Below, piece after piece: positions 37,763-51,700 of a DNA stretch of 64,000 bases (position 1 is its first letter; each line of letters begins with the position of its first letter). Position numbers and translations under genes: made by a program. Origin of the DNA: Lytechinus pictus (taxonomy: Eukaryota); contig NC_087252.1 in NCBI RefSeq assembly GCF_037042905.1, positions 10,604,001 to 10,668,000 on the forward strand. Direction: 5' to 3'. The notes beneath the pieces were generated by a model. The model made no database searches. It saw only the letters and a program-made list of their open reading frames with translations, and was not told where the DNA came from.

Positions 37763-38524
37763 TGCGCCCCACCCATTAACCGGTCGCTTTCTTATGCAAC
37801 CCGCCCATCTTAAACACACCCACCCATGTATTTTGTTCGTTCACATCCTACGCCACAAAGAACCACTTAACGGAGCAATGTGACTCTTCCTACCAGCATT
37901 CGGATTTTCCAAAGACAGTCACTTTAGCTTGCTCAATATGGATGCAAAATAAGATGACAGTCGAATTACATATACACACAGTACCGCATGTACTTGACCC
38001 CTTTGATAGAGGAGAAATCCAAGTTGCATATAATATTCATTGAAATATGGTAGTACAAAGCATTTATCATATAACAAGTGTTGAGGGGATATTCATTTCA
38101 TTGAGTAGTAATAAGTAGTAAAAAGTGAAAATTACAACTATTTACATAATGTAATTTGTACGACATCGGGGTATCTACAGTAGGAAATCGTCTTCACACT
38201 GTTAAGTTTTATAAGTTTAACAGTGTAAACAGTATATTCTCATGGTTCACACTGTGAACATACAGTGATCGCACTGTGTGACACTGTTCTTTCCAGCTGG
38301 ACAAGAATGACAATAAAGTTGCATAAAACGTGTGCATTGATTGTCATTGGTATTTTCGTATTCACAGTTGGATGATATTTTAAAAACTTTTTTCTTTTTG
38401 TTTTCTTTTTATGTAATTATATACAGCATACAAAAAAGGCCTAGTTATCGGGCTGTTGCAGAAACAAACGCAGCAAATAAGCAATGAAGTTCAAGTCCCA
38501 AAAATAATATTTTATGGATTAAAT

Positions 38525-40752
38525 CACACTGCATCTGATTTATTTTGTTTTATTATACTTGATATTAATAAAATATACGAATATGTGCATAACCCAATAA
38601 TATTTTCCAAGTGTTTCTAAGTTTGCACAAGCGGTTATAAGATAAGATGTATGCGAACCTCTTCACCAGACCTATGAAGAGATGGGGTGTAAGCGGAATT
38701 TAAAGTAATAGCTATATGGAGATAAGACTTAACTAATGTATGAAATTTAAAATATGAGCTACAAAGAGTAAATGAAATTTTCAATAGGAGCTACTAAAAG
38801 TTAAGAGATATATTCGAGCTTACAATGCGAGCTGTTAATAGTGAGGAGAAATTTGAAATTTACAATAAGAAATATCTAATATTCTAAACAAGAGCTTTTA
38901 AGATATAAGGATTTTATAAACAGACCTAAAAGAAGATATGACTCCATAGATTTGTGTCATTTACAATACGAGATATTTAAATTTTTGAGATACAGAAACA
39001 TTTAGATAATGAGTATGAAGAGGTTATATATGAAATTCAAAATAAGAACTACTTAAAATTCAGAAATACACATATATAATTTACAACAGGATATGTTAAC
39101 AGTAAAACAATATTTATGTGGAATTTAAAATTGGAGCTACTGTATTCTGAGTAAATAGATATCAGCCACCCCAAACTAAAAATAAGTGGTCCAAAATGAA
39201 TTTTGATATTTTCATTGATCTTAGAAAAGCATGTCATAAGCTTTCAAATGATATAAGTTGTCCAAATTTATCAACAGTAACCCTCAAAAGTTCTTGACTG
39301 AATACAGAGGAAATTCAGCGAGTGCTAGAACAATGTTTTGAAGTTCAGGGTTCCCTCAAGCAAGAGATGTGCACACTGTGCAGCCTTGGTGAAACTTCCA
39401 AGACTTCCGCAAAAATAGTGTCAACAGGTTTTTATCTTGTACTTTATTCATCCTTTACAACTAAAAGTATAGAGAATAAGAATTGCTCTTTAAGATAAGC
39501 GAATTGTCTAATTTTTGTTTTTAAAGACCAAATTACTCAATTGAATATTTACAGAGAACCTTTTCTGGTGATTTATTGTTGTTGGTTTTGAGGTGGCTGG
39601 TCAAATACAGAATTTTCGTTAAGAGCTTTGTAAGAGTTATGATATACAATTATGAAACAGGCTCTTACGATGGAAGTTAAAGATACAGAAAATTTACAAC
39701 AAAATCTGTTACAGGTATCAGGTAGGCCTATATGATATTTACATTAGGAGCTGTCAAGATATAAGGAAAATGTGGTATTTACAATAAGAGCTACCATATG
39801 AAGAGTAAATGGACGATCTATACAATGAGAGTGGTTAAGAGTAAAGAATGTAATAAACAATACAATATATAAATCTATAAATGAAATTTATAATAAAGGC
39901 AATATTAGAACATTATGATATGAATAATGCACAATTGTAAAAAATTACGCTGCATCTGATTAAGTGTGTATAGCTTAGTGATATTTATGTTTCGAGTGTT
40001 TTAAGAAGATCTTTGCATAAAAGCTGTTATAAGATAAAATATATACTCTATGCGAACCTCCACAAGAGATATGAAGATGTAATATTGGAATTTACAATAA
40101 TAGATATAAGGATATAAAAGTTAATTGATATTATAAAAGTTAAAATATGTGCTACTAAGTTATGAGATAAACGTAATTTGCATTAAAATTTGCATTTAAA
40201 AGTTTAAAGATATATAAAAACTTACAATACAAGCTTTTACGAGTGAAGCATTATTTGAAATTCACAGTAAGAGCTGTTATGATTTAAGAGGTTAGAATTA
40301 ATTTAGATTTTCATTTTACATGAGCTATAAACAGGAATACAAAAAATAGCTAAAAGCAGATGTATATACATGAGTCAAGAGATTTGTGACATTTACAATA
40401 CGAGTTATCGAAATAAGAGATACAGAAACATTTAGACAATAAGTATGAAGAACAAATATATAAAATGTACACTGAGGGCTACTAAAAAAAGGGATACAAG
40501 TCATGTATATAAGTTACAATATGATATGTTAACAGTAATGGAATATGTAAATTTTGCAATTACAGCTAATGTATTACGAGTAAATAAATATAGTCGCAAA
40601 CAAACAACAAGTGGCTCTAAATTAATTTCAAGATTTTCATTGAGCTCAGAAAAGCATATATCTAGCTTTCAAATGATATATCTTGTAGATATTTATCAAC
40701 AATAACCCTCAAATATTCTTGACTGAATGCAGAGGAAATCAAGCAAGCGCTG
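38525..40752 (+). repeat. Diverged direct duplication with ~1.42-kb period
   Basis: CTGCATCTGATT, TATGCGAACCTC, CATTTACAATACGAG and AGCTTTCAAATGATATA..TTCTTGACTGAAT each occur twice about 1400-1430 bp apart. Confidence 0.75.
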
Positions 40753-41298
40753 CAAAAAAAAAAAATAGAAAAAAAAGAGAAAGGCATACTTTGGTATCGC
40801 TTATGAAACGTTCGGCCTTGTTATTATGTTCACTCTAAATTCACTCCAAATCGAGTTGTCCTTGATTTCACTGTGAATGGAAAAGGCTAGTTAAATTCAC
40901 TCATTTTCTTTTTTTTAGAGAGTAAGATTTACACGGTATACGATTGTGTCAGACGAGAGTATATTCAAATTTTCTTCTTCATGGATACAATGACATTATA
41001 AACTTCATTAAAAAAATACGCAAGAAAATTTTACAAAAGACAATTTTGTCATAATTATAATAAGACAATTGTTTTTGCCATCATTAGTATCACATTTTAG
41101 CATGGACTCGCAGACGCTTTCTGCAACTTTCAGAATCTATTAAAACATCCGTCAAATCATTTTAATTTAATTTCTATTGAAAAATAGTATACATATTTAA
41201 AACCTACAATGTGTTGCCCAAATTGTTTATGTGTTTCTTTCACAACATATGTATTATTAATTTTTCTTTCGCAACGGATACAAATATTTATGTTTATA

Positions 41299-42117
41299 CA
41301 GTGCGTCCCAGAATAAACGAAACCGAGATTTAGCGATGATTTATCATAACTTAATCATAAATAAAATAGACAAATGACCTACCAATGTAAAGCTTAGAAT
41401 CTCCTCTTTCATCTGGTATTACTTAGATTATTCCTTATACATGCATGATCGAGCAAAAACAATTCGAAGAAAGGATGCCAAAAACTCATTTGGCGGGGGG
41501 TATCTGAATTTCAAAAAGAAAATCACATGACTAAAAAGTTCAATATCTTCTCTTTTCTTTGATACCTAAATCACAGAAAATGGTCAAGTAGTAAAAAAGT
41601 TATGATCCCTCGAAACAATGCTTGTATTTCCATAATTTCATTAAATAAAAGTGTTTTCACCGGTTTCCCACTGAAGCTATCGCACGGTAACAAAAGACTT
41701 AATGCATGGCTGATCGTCAACAAAACGGAGTGTCGGGTGAGTTTGAACGCTAGCCTGTAAAACCTCTTCATTTTATGAAATTATTGAAATTCAAGCCTTA
41801 TTTCAAATAACCAGAACTTTTTTATTTCTTGACCATTTTCTGTAATTGAGGTATCAAATTAAAGAGCAGATATTGAACTTTTTAAAAATGTGGTTTTCTT
41901 TTTAAAACCCAGATACGGCCCGCCAAGTGACTTTTTGGTATCCCCTTTTAAAATAGTTTTTGCTCACTCATGCGTGAATGAGAAATAATCTAAGTAATTT
42001 CAGATGAAAAAGGAGATTCTAAGCTTTAAAATGGTAGGTCATTTGTCTATTGTATTTGCGATTAAGTTATGATAAATCATCGATAAATCTCGGTTTCGTT
42101 TTTTGTGGGACGCACTG
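41299..42117. mobile_element. Tc1/mariner-type MITE (~820 bp, TA TSD), copy 1
   Basis: TA|CAGTGCGTCCCA...TGGGACGCACTG|TA with long inverted arms; closely similar copy at 50292-51099. Confidence 0.9.
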
Positions 42118-42645
42118 TATATGGTATACAATTCGTTTTTGTTTGATGGAAGTGAAATAAATAAATTTGAATTTGAATCATGATGGATAGATGATAGAGG
42201 TCATTGTTGAAAGTCGGTGGATCAGGAAAACACATCGTCTTAGGATTCGAACCTGACATTTATATGGTTTGTCCAGAGTCCATGACGACACTGCTGTTTT
42301 GATTCACCGATCGTTTGATAAATGCTGCTTTGTCATTGAAGGAACGACTTTTGACAAAAGATTATCTACGTTATAGAAAACGTCTGCGAAGTAATTGCTA
42401 AACGTCATAATGTAATGTTCATATAATCCATGCTACTTGCTTATTACCCCTAATTGCCCCTTTAATATTGACCCTAGTATCACATATCACGACACATTTT
42501 GTTAAGATGAAATTCAAAGGTGAGCTATCCCCTCAGACATCCTCTGGTTAGCCAGTTGACCCCAACTCTCGAATCTTCATACATTGGCAATCCAGTTCCA
42601 GAGGTATAGGCTTAGCATTCTTGAGGTCAATGGAACAGTCGCTTT

Positions 42646-42713
42646 CTATTTAGGCCTATTTGACTCAAGTGCTCGTACGCGTTGAGCAACGCTGGTCTTA
42701 GAAGAGCTAGCCA
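42646..42713 (-). CDS. Gene A putative last coding exon
   Basis: Acceptor TACTATTTTTATAG, phase 1, VASSSKTSVAQRVRALESNRPK*. Confidence 0.55.
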
Positions 42714-45679
42714 CTATAAAAATAGTATAAATAAAATTGGAACATTGTGTATTGTGTGTGTCTTACTTCCTGAGGATCACATACAATCGATCAAATAAAA
42801 AGATATTTCAGTTTCAGTTTGGTTTATTTTTCATATCTCACAAAATATCAAATACAACGTAAAGTTCATCAAAAGACAGTAAATCATTAATACAAAAATA
42901 ATACAATACTCCACCATTATTCATAATAAAAAAGACAATGTTATACAATAAACGTTCAGATTGGAGACAGATATATCAATAAAATGAGGGTATAAAGGAC
43001 AATCTATTAAACATCAGTGGCGACCGCACAGAAGCGTTGTTAGCGTAACAGAAGGCTAACATTAGGGCCAGTCACACCTTTCACGGGTGACCACCGCCTT
43101 GAAGCATTGTTTTCACTAACAGGGCACTAATAGTAGGCCTACCGGTATCGATAAACTCACAGAAGCTTAGCCGAATTCCTAATAGTCTAACCATAGAGCT
43201 AATAGCTCTATGGTCTAACAATAAAAGGCTTAGCAGAAGCTAACAGTGGCGCTAATGTTAATACAAATCACTAACAGTGCCAAGGGCACCAATAGTGATA
43301 ATGTTAGTGAATAATTTCTCTCTTTAAAACTTGTCTCCCTTTCTTATACCAAGTAATTTAAAATATACCTCGACCGAATTAAATGGGTATTCTGGGCCCA
43401 ACAATATATGAATAAATTGAGTAAAATTAGATGAGCAAATTGCTGAAAATTTCATCAAAATCTGATAAGAAATAACAAAATTATTGAATATTAAAAAGTA
43501 AACACTGTATTTTGCAACTGATATTACTGAGCAGCATGTGGCCATGAATATGCAATAAATGGAACGATAATGCCATATCCTCTAGCTCTTTCCCCTTTTT
43601 CTGATTTTATTGAAATGAACTCGTAATTGTCTCAAATGTGTGTATCTCGCCCGAGTAACAAAATGATGATCTTTGAAGCAATATTCTGTTACTTTTCAAA
43701 GATTTTTTTTTCTTCCAAGATATATCATTTATTTAGGTGTTTGAAGACATTCTGAATATACCCTGCATTAGAAAGAAGAACAATAGCTGATGAAATTTAT
43801 CGCATGATAACCATCATTGGCCTATACTCTATCATGAGCATGATGAGTGAAGTCTGTGAAGAGCATTTTCAAACAAAAGAAACTGATGAAAAGTGGGATT
43901 GCATTTTTTTAAAGGAATCTCTATCGTTATATCATGATAGGCTATATTTTGTTATCTTTTTGAAGCTTATTCGATATTTTTAAAATTAAATTAGTAAATA
44001 TATATTTACTACCTGCTACTACATTTTATGTTTAAAATGTAATAATAATTCAATTTTGTAGGCCTATATGATAATAAATTACATTCCTTTACCCTTGCCT
44101 AGACAAGATTTTAAACTTGTAGGATGTGCAAATAATCATAAATAAATCTAAGTTAAATCTAGATCACTACGCACAAATTATAGATTTTGCCTAACTCTAA
44201 TCCCCTAACAACAGCTTTCTGTGCCTTCTGTGCGGTAATTCTACCCATGTTGTTAGGAACTGAGTTGTTAATGGATAATACTATACAGATTGTGATGTCA
44301 AGCGTTGATCTCAGATGTAAATAATGCATTATAGCCATCGCGGCGAGATTACCGGTTGTAACAGGGCCATTTGTTAGCGCAGTGTTAGTGAAATGTTTGG
44401 CTAACAGCGTTTCTGTGCGGCCGATACAGAGCTTGCAATTTATAGTTTTCTTATTAATAAAATTATAAGTAATTGTCAACTTGTTTTGATATCAATATGA
44501 TGATATATATATCAATATGCTGAATAAAAACGATATGCCAAATTAATCATGTTACAATCTTAGAACATTTTTTTTACAGGGTTATAAGCTTGTTCTTTAT
44601 TATTGCACATCTTAAGGTTCCCGAAAAGCTTCTAAATTATTTTAAGCAGCCACTTTGGAACCATCTTAAATTCTTTAAAACAATAATTACAGGTTCTTTT
44701 GTACAGAAATAGTATTTTAGGAAACATTTTCCCCGAGGGTTCTAAATATAAATATTGAGGATAAAACTATATAGAGTGACTCACCTCCATGCAGGATGGT
44801 ATTTGTTACATAGCTCAGACCAGCATCTTTCAGGGCTTGGTAAAGCTTCTCTACCTGCTCACTAGGTCGGACTCTTCGTCTCCAATCACTCAGCATGTCA
44901 ACAAAGCCTGATCTTGAGATTCTATCAAACGATGAATCTGGTCGATTGAAATATTTCTTTACAGTCGAGTGGGAGTAACCAAGATGGCGGCCTAGGGAGA
45001 TTGCCTCGCTATGCTTGAGAATCACATCAGCCAGGGTTTCAATGAGATTATTGGATAAACAGCTTATTCGCCCTTGCCTGTGTAAACAAAATCCATAACG
45101 CCAAAAAAATTGTTTTATGTAATTTGATAAATAAAATATTTGTTTTGGCATAGCCATATTATGCGTTTTTCCTGTCATTTCTTTGTTCACTTATTGCGTT
45201 TTTGCGTAGGGGAGGATGGAGTTTCGCTATTTATTTCTCTACCCACCTCTCCCCTCCTGGCATATCATCGGTTTGCTATGCAAACGATTGAGTACTGTTT
45301 TATTGAAAATGATCGTGACATCACTGTTCTATTACAATGATATATTATATTTTACAAGTTCATGATTCTATTTTTTCATTATTATTATTAATATCAATAT
45401 TACTTCACCTTTTTCCAGAATGACCAAAAAAAAAAAGAGAACATTATGCTAAATTATATAGAGTGAAATCCTGCAGTTCCTATAATAACTTCGTATGCAT
45501 TGTATGTATTCAGGATCGAAACTACTTAAAAGTTGAAATATGTTTACCGCAAATTCTTATTCCAAATGTTTTAAAAATTGGGTTTTGACAAGAAAACTTA
45601 CGAATCCCTACGGCTGGTCGCGTAATCCGGTTCATCTGAAAGAAAAAAGAATACAGCAGCAGTAGTAGTATTTTTACTT

Positions 45680-45718
<39 letters not shown>

Positions 45719-48700
45719 ATAGTGGTGATGGTGGTAGCAGTAGAAGTATCATTATTATGAACAGTTGATAAATTTTTCGTAAAAAAATCATATATCCAAG
45801 AATAACAGAGTTATGAATCTTAAAAGATTTGATTTTATGACGTCACATGCGAGCAGCTGCCCATTGTGTTAAATGTAATTATTATTACTATTATTACGTT
45901 CTTTTGAATCAATTCAGTTAATTTATCTCCACATTCAATTTGGAAAACATGAAAAACATGATAAATAAAACAAGAGTTGATTAAAGATTACAAAAATACA
46001 AAAGAATAACAATATAAAAAACTACAAAATACAAAGAGCAACCAAAGAAACAAAGTATTAGGAAACCTAAATATGTTGTGTGCACTAAGAATCTACACGT
46101 AGTACATAAGCCTTTTATTTATGTTTGAACTCTGACAATGAAAGACATTGTTAAAGTAAAAAAAAAACAAATATGTAAGTGGAATGATAAGTTTGATTAC
46201 GATGACACACTGACTTACCAGGTAGATATATTGTCTAATCATCGTGATATTTTTCGCTAAATATTTACTAATGGGGGTGTGATATTTTTCTAGATGGTGA
46301 TGGTAACCAATCTAGGGTTACCTTAAAAAGAAAATAAAGTGCCTATACCTTACTAAACTAAACAGCTCTAATTGAATCATTGTTTTCATTATACCTTCCA
46401 TTGTTATGTTGAATTCTCTTACTGATGTGGCCTCGTGTCCTTCGTGTATTGCAATGCCAATGTTCTTTCCATTGTCCTCCGGGGTAAACTGAAGCACGAA
46501 CTTCAGAGGAGTACTCTGATGACCACTCAACACACTTTTGATGTGTATCTTCGTTGGAGAAAATAATATACAAAAGAACTATACATGTATAATAAATCAA
46601 AACAATATTCTAAGTAATTGTCATAATATCCGAATGAGTACGATGACTATACAAATGATTAATTACTAAAGCAAAGGTAAAAGCGGAACAAGTTCAGTAA
46701 CACATCACAAGTATTGTAAAGACATGAAAATATATTTTTTTATCTTTTTTTTTTATCAACGAGGATTTGCCGGGTTTGTTAGGTTGAGAGAGAAGATGTA
46801 AAATTGGAACGCATCTAATTTAATCGATTGATGGATATTGATGCATCTGAAAAATAAATTACGTCAGCTGCATTTTGCAGCTATAATTAATTCTATATTT
46901 CTTAGGAATCATTTTAAGTCAACACAGTGCCATATATAAATTGCCTTGCAAAACCATAAGGATATTCCATGATAATAGATATTAAAACTTGTAATAAACA
47001 CCATACCATTCGTCTGTGTTGCTTCGAGTCTTCATGACAAATAACCTTCAGGTGTTTTGTTGTTAACCCTATAGAGAATTTGAATCCCTCCTCGACTTGA
47101 CAGTAAGGTACAGACGAATCCAGTTCCGTCTTGATTATATCCTGGAACATGTAAAAGATTGAAAGTTGATTCACAATAATTTCTTGATAATTTATGACAG
47201 AGAATTAAAGTGTTAAAATGGTTAGTAAAAATCGCCTTTATCGCAGGGTGCTTCAATAAGATGCGCCACTATTTCCATCAGATAAAATCCGCTAGTATTT
47301 TACAAATTCAAAATTGATTCAGAGTTTATAGTTAATGGCAAGTGTAAGCAATGATGAGTTAAAGGCTATAATTACTTGTCCATATTTGGCTCTTAATTGA
47401 CTTTAATGTTTAAAATATTTTGAAATATAATTTTACAATATCATAACTGCACTTGTTAACTATATGGAAATATCTCTCATAACAAGATTCTATGAATATG
47501 AATAATTGTAAACTACGTTACAAACACTCTTTTTGTTGTGGCGACGCTTACATGCCTTGTATTATGAATGTATATATATCTCCATTACAAAAGTGATGGT
47601 TTCCATTTTGTACTTCCTACTATCTGACCCCTCTCTCCATCTCTCTTTCATTTACACAGTTACCTTTCTTTTTCATTAAACATGCTTGTCCCTTCCCGCA
47701 TACTGTACTTCATTCCATTTAGGCAAGTATTATCTTAATATTCTGCTTTCTTATGTAATGCATAACATTTTATGTGATAAGTCTTATGCATTTTAACTTA
47801 TGAATTGTACCTATTCAATCAAAATTGTATATACATGTATTATCCCCCCCCCCCGCCTATTGCCAGTGATAGAAGGGTAGTTTGTCCCATCATCACTGGT
47901 AAAGGACCTGGGTTTATTTTACCTTCTCTATTTGATTATGAAATAAAGATGATTTATAAAATTTAATCAGAATACTGTTTCGTTCTCTTTATAACTTTCC
48001 TGAGTTAAGGTGTACCATCGTATTTTATCGCTGCAGCAGAAATGATATCAATAATTACGAATAATGACTAATTCAATGTTGCATAAAAGTTCATTTTTTT
48101 CATGAACAAATGTTAAGATTTTGAATATATATTGAAATAAATTTGTACGCCGGTAATATTTTGAAAATCCTGAAAAGACGCGTACGTCAAGATGTTAAAA
48201 ATGGTGAAAACTTAATAAAAATACCTGATCATATGTGTTATATGGATAGGTTATGTACACGTGTAGAGATGGTTGCTCTGCTGGTGTCTTCATAGTGGGT
48301 TGGAAGACTAAGCATGTTAGTTGAATTTCTCGAAGATTCTTTGAAGACACAGCCAAAACTTCAATATGACGCGTACAAAACTCAATCGTAGATTTTGAGA
48401 TTGTTGAATCGTTAGCAGTCAGCATTCTGCGACCGAATTTTCCTGAAGTTTGGAAATGGACGTGGAGTTGTGAATTTTGGATCTTCATTAAAATTTGGTG
48501 TATCGCGCTAAAGTGCCGGGAAGACGAATATATTTCAAAATCAGACATTTCTCTTTTACAGTAATTGAGTTTTTTCTACTTAACTATGCATACATTAGTT
48601 CTGTGGAAGTGAGTTCGAAATGATGCGGATTCGGTGCAGATATTATCCTAAAGGTTCTTATCCTTATGAGGTAATTGTTCACCTGATGAGATTGTGGCCG

Positions 48701-51700
48701 TCAACGGAATAACTTTGGGTCAAACTTGACCTGGTGTGTGTTTCATAATGATATTTGTAAAATTACGCACAACTTTACGCACGACTGGAACATGTCTTTT
48801 AAGGTCATGAATCAAATATACAGGGATATCATTTAGCACAAGAAAGGATCACCAGTCGTGTGTAAAATCATTCGTATCTTACGAACAGCCTTATGAAACA
48901 CCCAGCTGAACTTCTAAGAGTGGATACATTCTGATTTCAAACTACAACCAAGGTGAATTGGACGATTTTCATGACTAAATTCATACCTGACTCGGTTTTG
49001 GTGTACAATACAACAGAAGAATCGTCGTTTTGTTCCCGGAACTTTACACAGTGTGGCAGTACTATCGATGCCGGCTTGAGAAGTTCTTGATGGACAGAAG
49101 TCTCTAAAACTGGAGTAATAAGAACTTCATCGTCGTGTATGGGAAGTCTGAGAGTATTGTGGATTGATACGCGAAGGGTGACGGTTGATCTCGTTCCTTT
49201 CGGAATAGCCCCTTCAGGAATAGATACAGTAATTCCAAGTTCATCGAGGGTCACCCTTTGTCCCTTATGATCAATGATGCCGTACGAGATGAAAAATGGA
49301 TAGGTCGAGTGACATGCCAGGCCTGAGGGGGTCGATAAAAAAAAAAAAAAACGTTATTCAAAAAAATTCACAATATGAATTAATTGAAAAGCGTCAGAGG
49401 CGATGTACGAATGACGTGTTACCTTTTGCTATGAGGTCCGCACAACTGAGCTGAAAAGCCTGAGCTATTGCAAGAAGCCTCTCCCGAATTCCACCTTTGC
49501 TGGACCATTCTATCAGCATTTGTAGGGCAGCAGAAACAACCATGTGTGGTGCAAAGTCTACAGATGTGTTAATGATCTCCATGACACTGGTAGGCTGTAC
49601 ACCCAAATGACGAATTAAACCGAGGAGGTCTACCTCAGACCGAATGAGTTTTGCTATTTCGTCGTAGCCTCCTGACAAGTAAGCACACAAATTTGAAACA
49701 ATTATGACCCTAATATTCATATGAATGCAATTACAAGTGGATAAAAATACTCTTGACAGAGGCCTTGATAAAAGTAATTTACAGGAACCAGGTAAAAAGG
49801 CCGTTCGGGTAAACGGATAAAGATATTTAACCCATGGTTATGCATTCCAGCTGCAACCAAGACGTATGTTCTTTATTAATCACCAATTGGCTTTAGAATT
49901 AAAATTTACAAAATTTCTTTAAACTCACAGGTAGGTAGCTAGTTAAGAGATTTCAAATAACCTGTTTTGTCACCGGAGATGTACTTCATCAACAACTCGT
50001 GGAGTTCAACCTCTTTTACTCCTTCTTCTAGGCCATCATGCCACATAAGTAGGATTTGCATTGCTGTTGCATCCAGTGATGAAGGATTCTGCTGAGTGAC
50101 GTAACCGACTATGCTGATGTCATCAATACGAAGGGCTTTACCAAGTGAACATGCTATTTGGAAGGTTTTGACTTGATGAGCCACACTAGAAAGTTCTTCT
50201 GTGTTTGGTATTCCACCGTGTTGATCGAGATCCTCATGCGTTACCACTTGCTCACAAGAAGGCCCAAGTGGATCATCATCTTAAAAATATACAGTGCGTC
50301 CCAGAAAAAACGAAACCGAGATTTAGCGATGATTTATCATAACTTAATCACAAAAACAATAGACAAATGACCTACCAATGTAAAGCTTAGAATCTCCTCT
50401 TTCATCTGAAATTACTTAGAATATTCCTCATTCACGCATGAGTGAGCAAAAACAATTTGAAGAAAGGATACCAAAAACTCATTTGGCGGGCGGTATCTGA
50501 ATTTTAAAAAGAAAACCACATGTCTTAAAAGTTCAATATCTGCTCTTTAATAGATACCTCAATCACAGAAAATGGTCAAGAAATAACAAAGTTCTGGTTA
50601 TTTGAAATAAGGCTTGAATTTCCATAATTTCATTAAATAAACCGGTTTCCCACCGAAGCTATCGCACGCTAACAAAAGACTTAATGCATGGCTGATCGTA
50701 AACAAAACGGAGTGTCGAGTGAGTTTGAACGCTAGCCTGTAAAACCTCTTCATTTTATGAAATTATTGAAATTCAAGCCTTATTTCAAATAACCAGAACT
50801 TTGTTATTTTTTGACCATTTTCTGCAATTGAGGTATCAAATTGAAGAGCAGATATTGAACTTTTTAAAAATGTGGTTTTCTTTTTGAAAGCCAGATACAA
50901 CCCGCCAAATGACTTTTTGGTATCCCCCCTTCAAATCGTTTTTGCTCAATGAAGCCTGAAGAAGAAATAACCTAAGTAATATCAGATGAAAGAGGAGATT
51001 CTAAGCTTTACATTGGTAGGTCATTTGTCTATTTTATTTGTGATTAACTTATGATAAATCATCGCTAAATCTCGGTTTCGTTTTTTCTGGGACGCACTGT
51101 ATATTAGCAACATATAATCATGTGTTGATTTGAAAATAGAATTCCGAACCTTATTTCGAAAATATAATTCCGAATACTTATTTTACAACTGTTTTTACTA
51201 CATGCTCCTTATTCAATAAAAATGATAAATATTGTATCGGTCATACTGATATCTAAAAAAGTATATATTGGGTTTATTTTCAAATGTGCAAACGCAGTTA
51301 AGGCCTTTTCTTTCTAAAATACTATCCCATTAAGCAACGATTGATACATCGTTTTCAACAAACGGAGGTGTCCCCAGGGGAACAAACTAGGCCCGTTTTC
51401 CCAGTCACGGCATGTGACCATTTTCATGTGTTAAACCTTTGGATTTTCATAGGGCTGGCGTTTATTTAGTACCAGTAAAGAGTGGGTCACCGGTCCTTAG
51501 TTGGGCCATCCGTGACTCTTTGGAGAATCCCAGAGCTCCATAGTATATTACATTATCGATGTTTATTATTGTTAAACAGTTCATTTTCTGTGTATTTCGG
51601 AAATAAACCATTTAATAGTAATAATTCATTGCGAATTCATTTTGTCACGTATATCGTGCCCTTTTTCGCATTTTTTCTAACGCAGGTCCCCAAAGTTTAA

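Noticed and set aside
45522..45791. Poly-Leu ORF resembling a signal peptide or TM helix
   Set aside because: Translation of a (TAG)n microsatellite; the real micro-exon there is in another frame.
48507..48515. HFS tripeptide in ORF 48195-48548 as a PIDD-like autocleavage site
   Set aside because: It lies ~65 nt upstream of the good acceptor at 48443, so it is intronic in the model and not at the ZU5 C-terminal strand.
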